Origin: a virus
Lineage: Duplodnaviria; Caudoviricetes
Virus record (IMG/VR): IMGVR_UViG_3300033076_001518
Location: 1,526-65,525 of that record
DNA length: 64,000 nt
Direction: 5' to 3' (one strand)
The translations under genes were made by a program, and so were the position numbers. The notes below the pieces were generated by a model. The model searched no databases, was not told the DNA's origin, and saw only the letters and a list, made by a program, of their open reading frames with translations. Shown here piece by piece: positions 63,785 through 64,000 of the stretch (its first letter is position 1; the number at the start of each line of letters is the position of its first letter).

Positions 63785-64000
63785 TGAAGATCCGGATCAC
63801 CTATCCGAACGGCACCGTCGAGGAGGCCGTCCACGAATCCAGAGAGGGCTTCCTGAACGAGAAGTTCGGCATGCCGTCGGTCTACGACGCTTTCGTCGAG
63901 AGCGGCGGCGAGATCGAGTGGGAGCCCGCAGCCTCTGCGCAGGACTCGCAGGACTCGCAGGACTCGCAGGACTCGCAGGACTCGCAGGACTCGCAGGACT
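63784..64000 (+). CDS. hypothetical protein (partial; runs off the window)
   Basis: TGATG coupling; MKIRITYPNG...EPAASA followed by (QDS)n. Confidence 0.6.
   Translation, partial: MKIRITYPNGTVEEAVHESREGFLNEKFGMPSVYDAFVESGGEIEWEPAASAQDSQDSQDSQDSQDSQDSQD
63939..64000 (+). repeat. 9-nt tandem repeat (gcaggactc)n, about 6.9 copies up to the window end
   Basis: Perfect copies encoding in-frame QDS repeats. Confidence 0.95.

Noticed and set aside
62070-64000. Tandem repeats as a possible CRISPR array or diversity-generating retroelement
   Set aside because: The repeats are contiguous, in frame and spacer-less; no reverse transcriptase or template/variable repeat pair was seen.
1-64000. tRNA genes, integrase, repressor, attachment site
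   Set aside because: No cloverleaf with a T-loop consensus and no recombinase motifs were noticed by eye; tRNAscan-SE and HMM searches would be needed to exclude them formally.

Overview
The window is a near-complete (about 64-65 kb), circularly permuted, GC-rich tailed dsDNA phage genome. It begins inside a probable scaffold gene and ends inside a 9-nt tandem repeat. The short-tail virion module, two-component spanins and absence of a visible integrase or repressor suggest a lytic podovirus of a Gram-negative host. There are three blocks. (1) 1-17988 (+): capsid, tail and ejection-protein genes. (2) 17926-47133 (-): small early genes, UvrD helicase, J-domain protein, ligase, primase-helicase, family A polymerase, nucleases, SNF2 helicase and a DNA base-hypermodification operon. 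(3) 47873-64000 (+): lysis, terminase, portal and a second set of tail/fibre genes. An AT-richer, repeat-laden non-coding region at about 47150-47870 separates the divergent arms. The leading candidate for a new system is the operon at 17926-23848: glycosyltransferase, APH-type kinase, nucleotidyltransferase, 5hmU-kinase-type helical protein, dUMP hydroxymethylase-like enzyme, HD hydrolase, DUF3310-like protein and an intact histone-deacetylase-family enzyme. It predicts an undescribed sugar (possibly amino-sugar) modification of thymidine. Other notable features are a strand-specific structured leader of about 195 nt before the primase gene, a thrice-repeated non-sigma70 promoter cassette, an [FY]AxGGx[VI] motif shared by four late proteins, and a hydrophobic N-terminal extension on the capsid protein. 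All family assignments come from motifs read by eye; no database searches were run.
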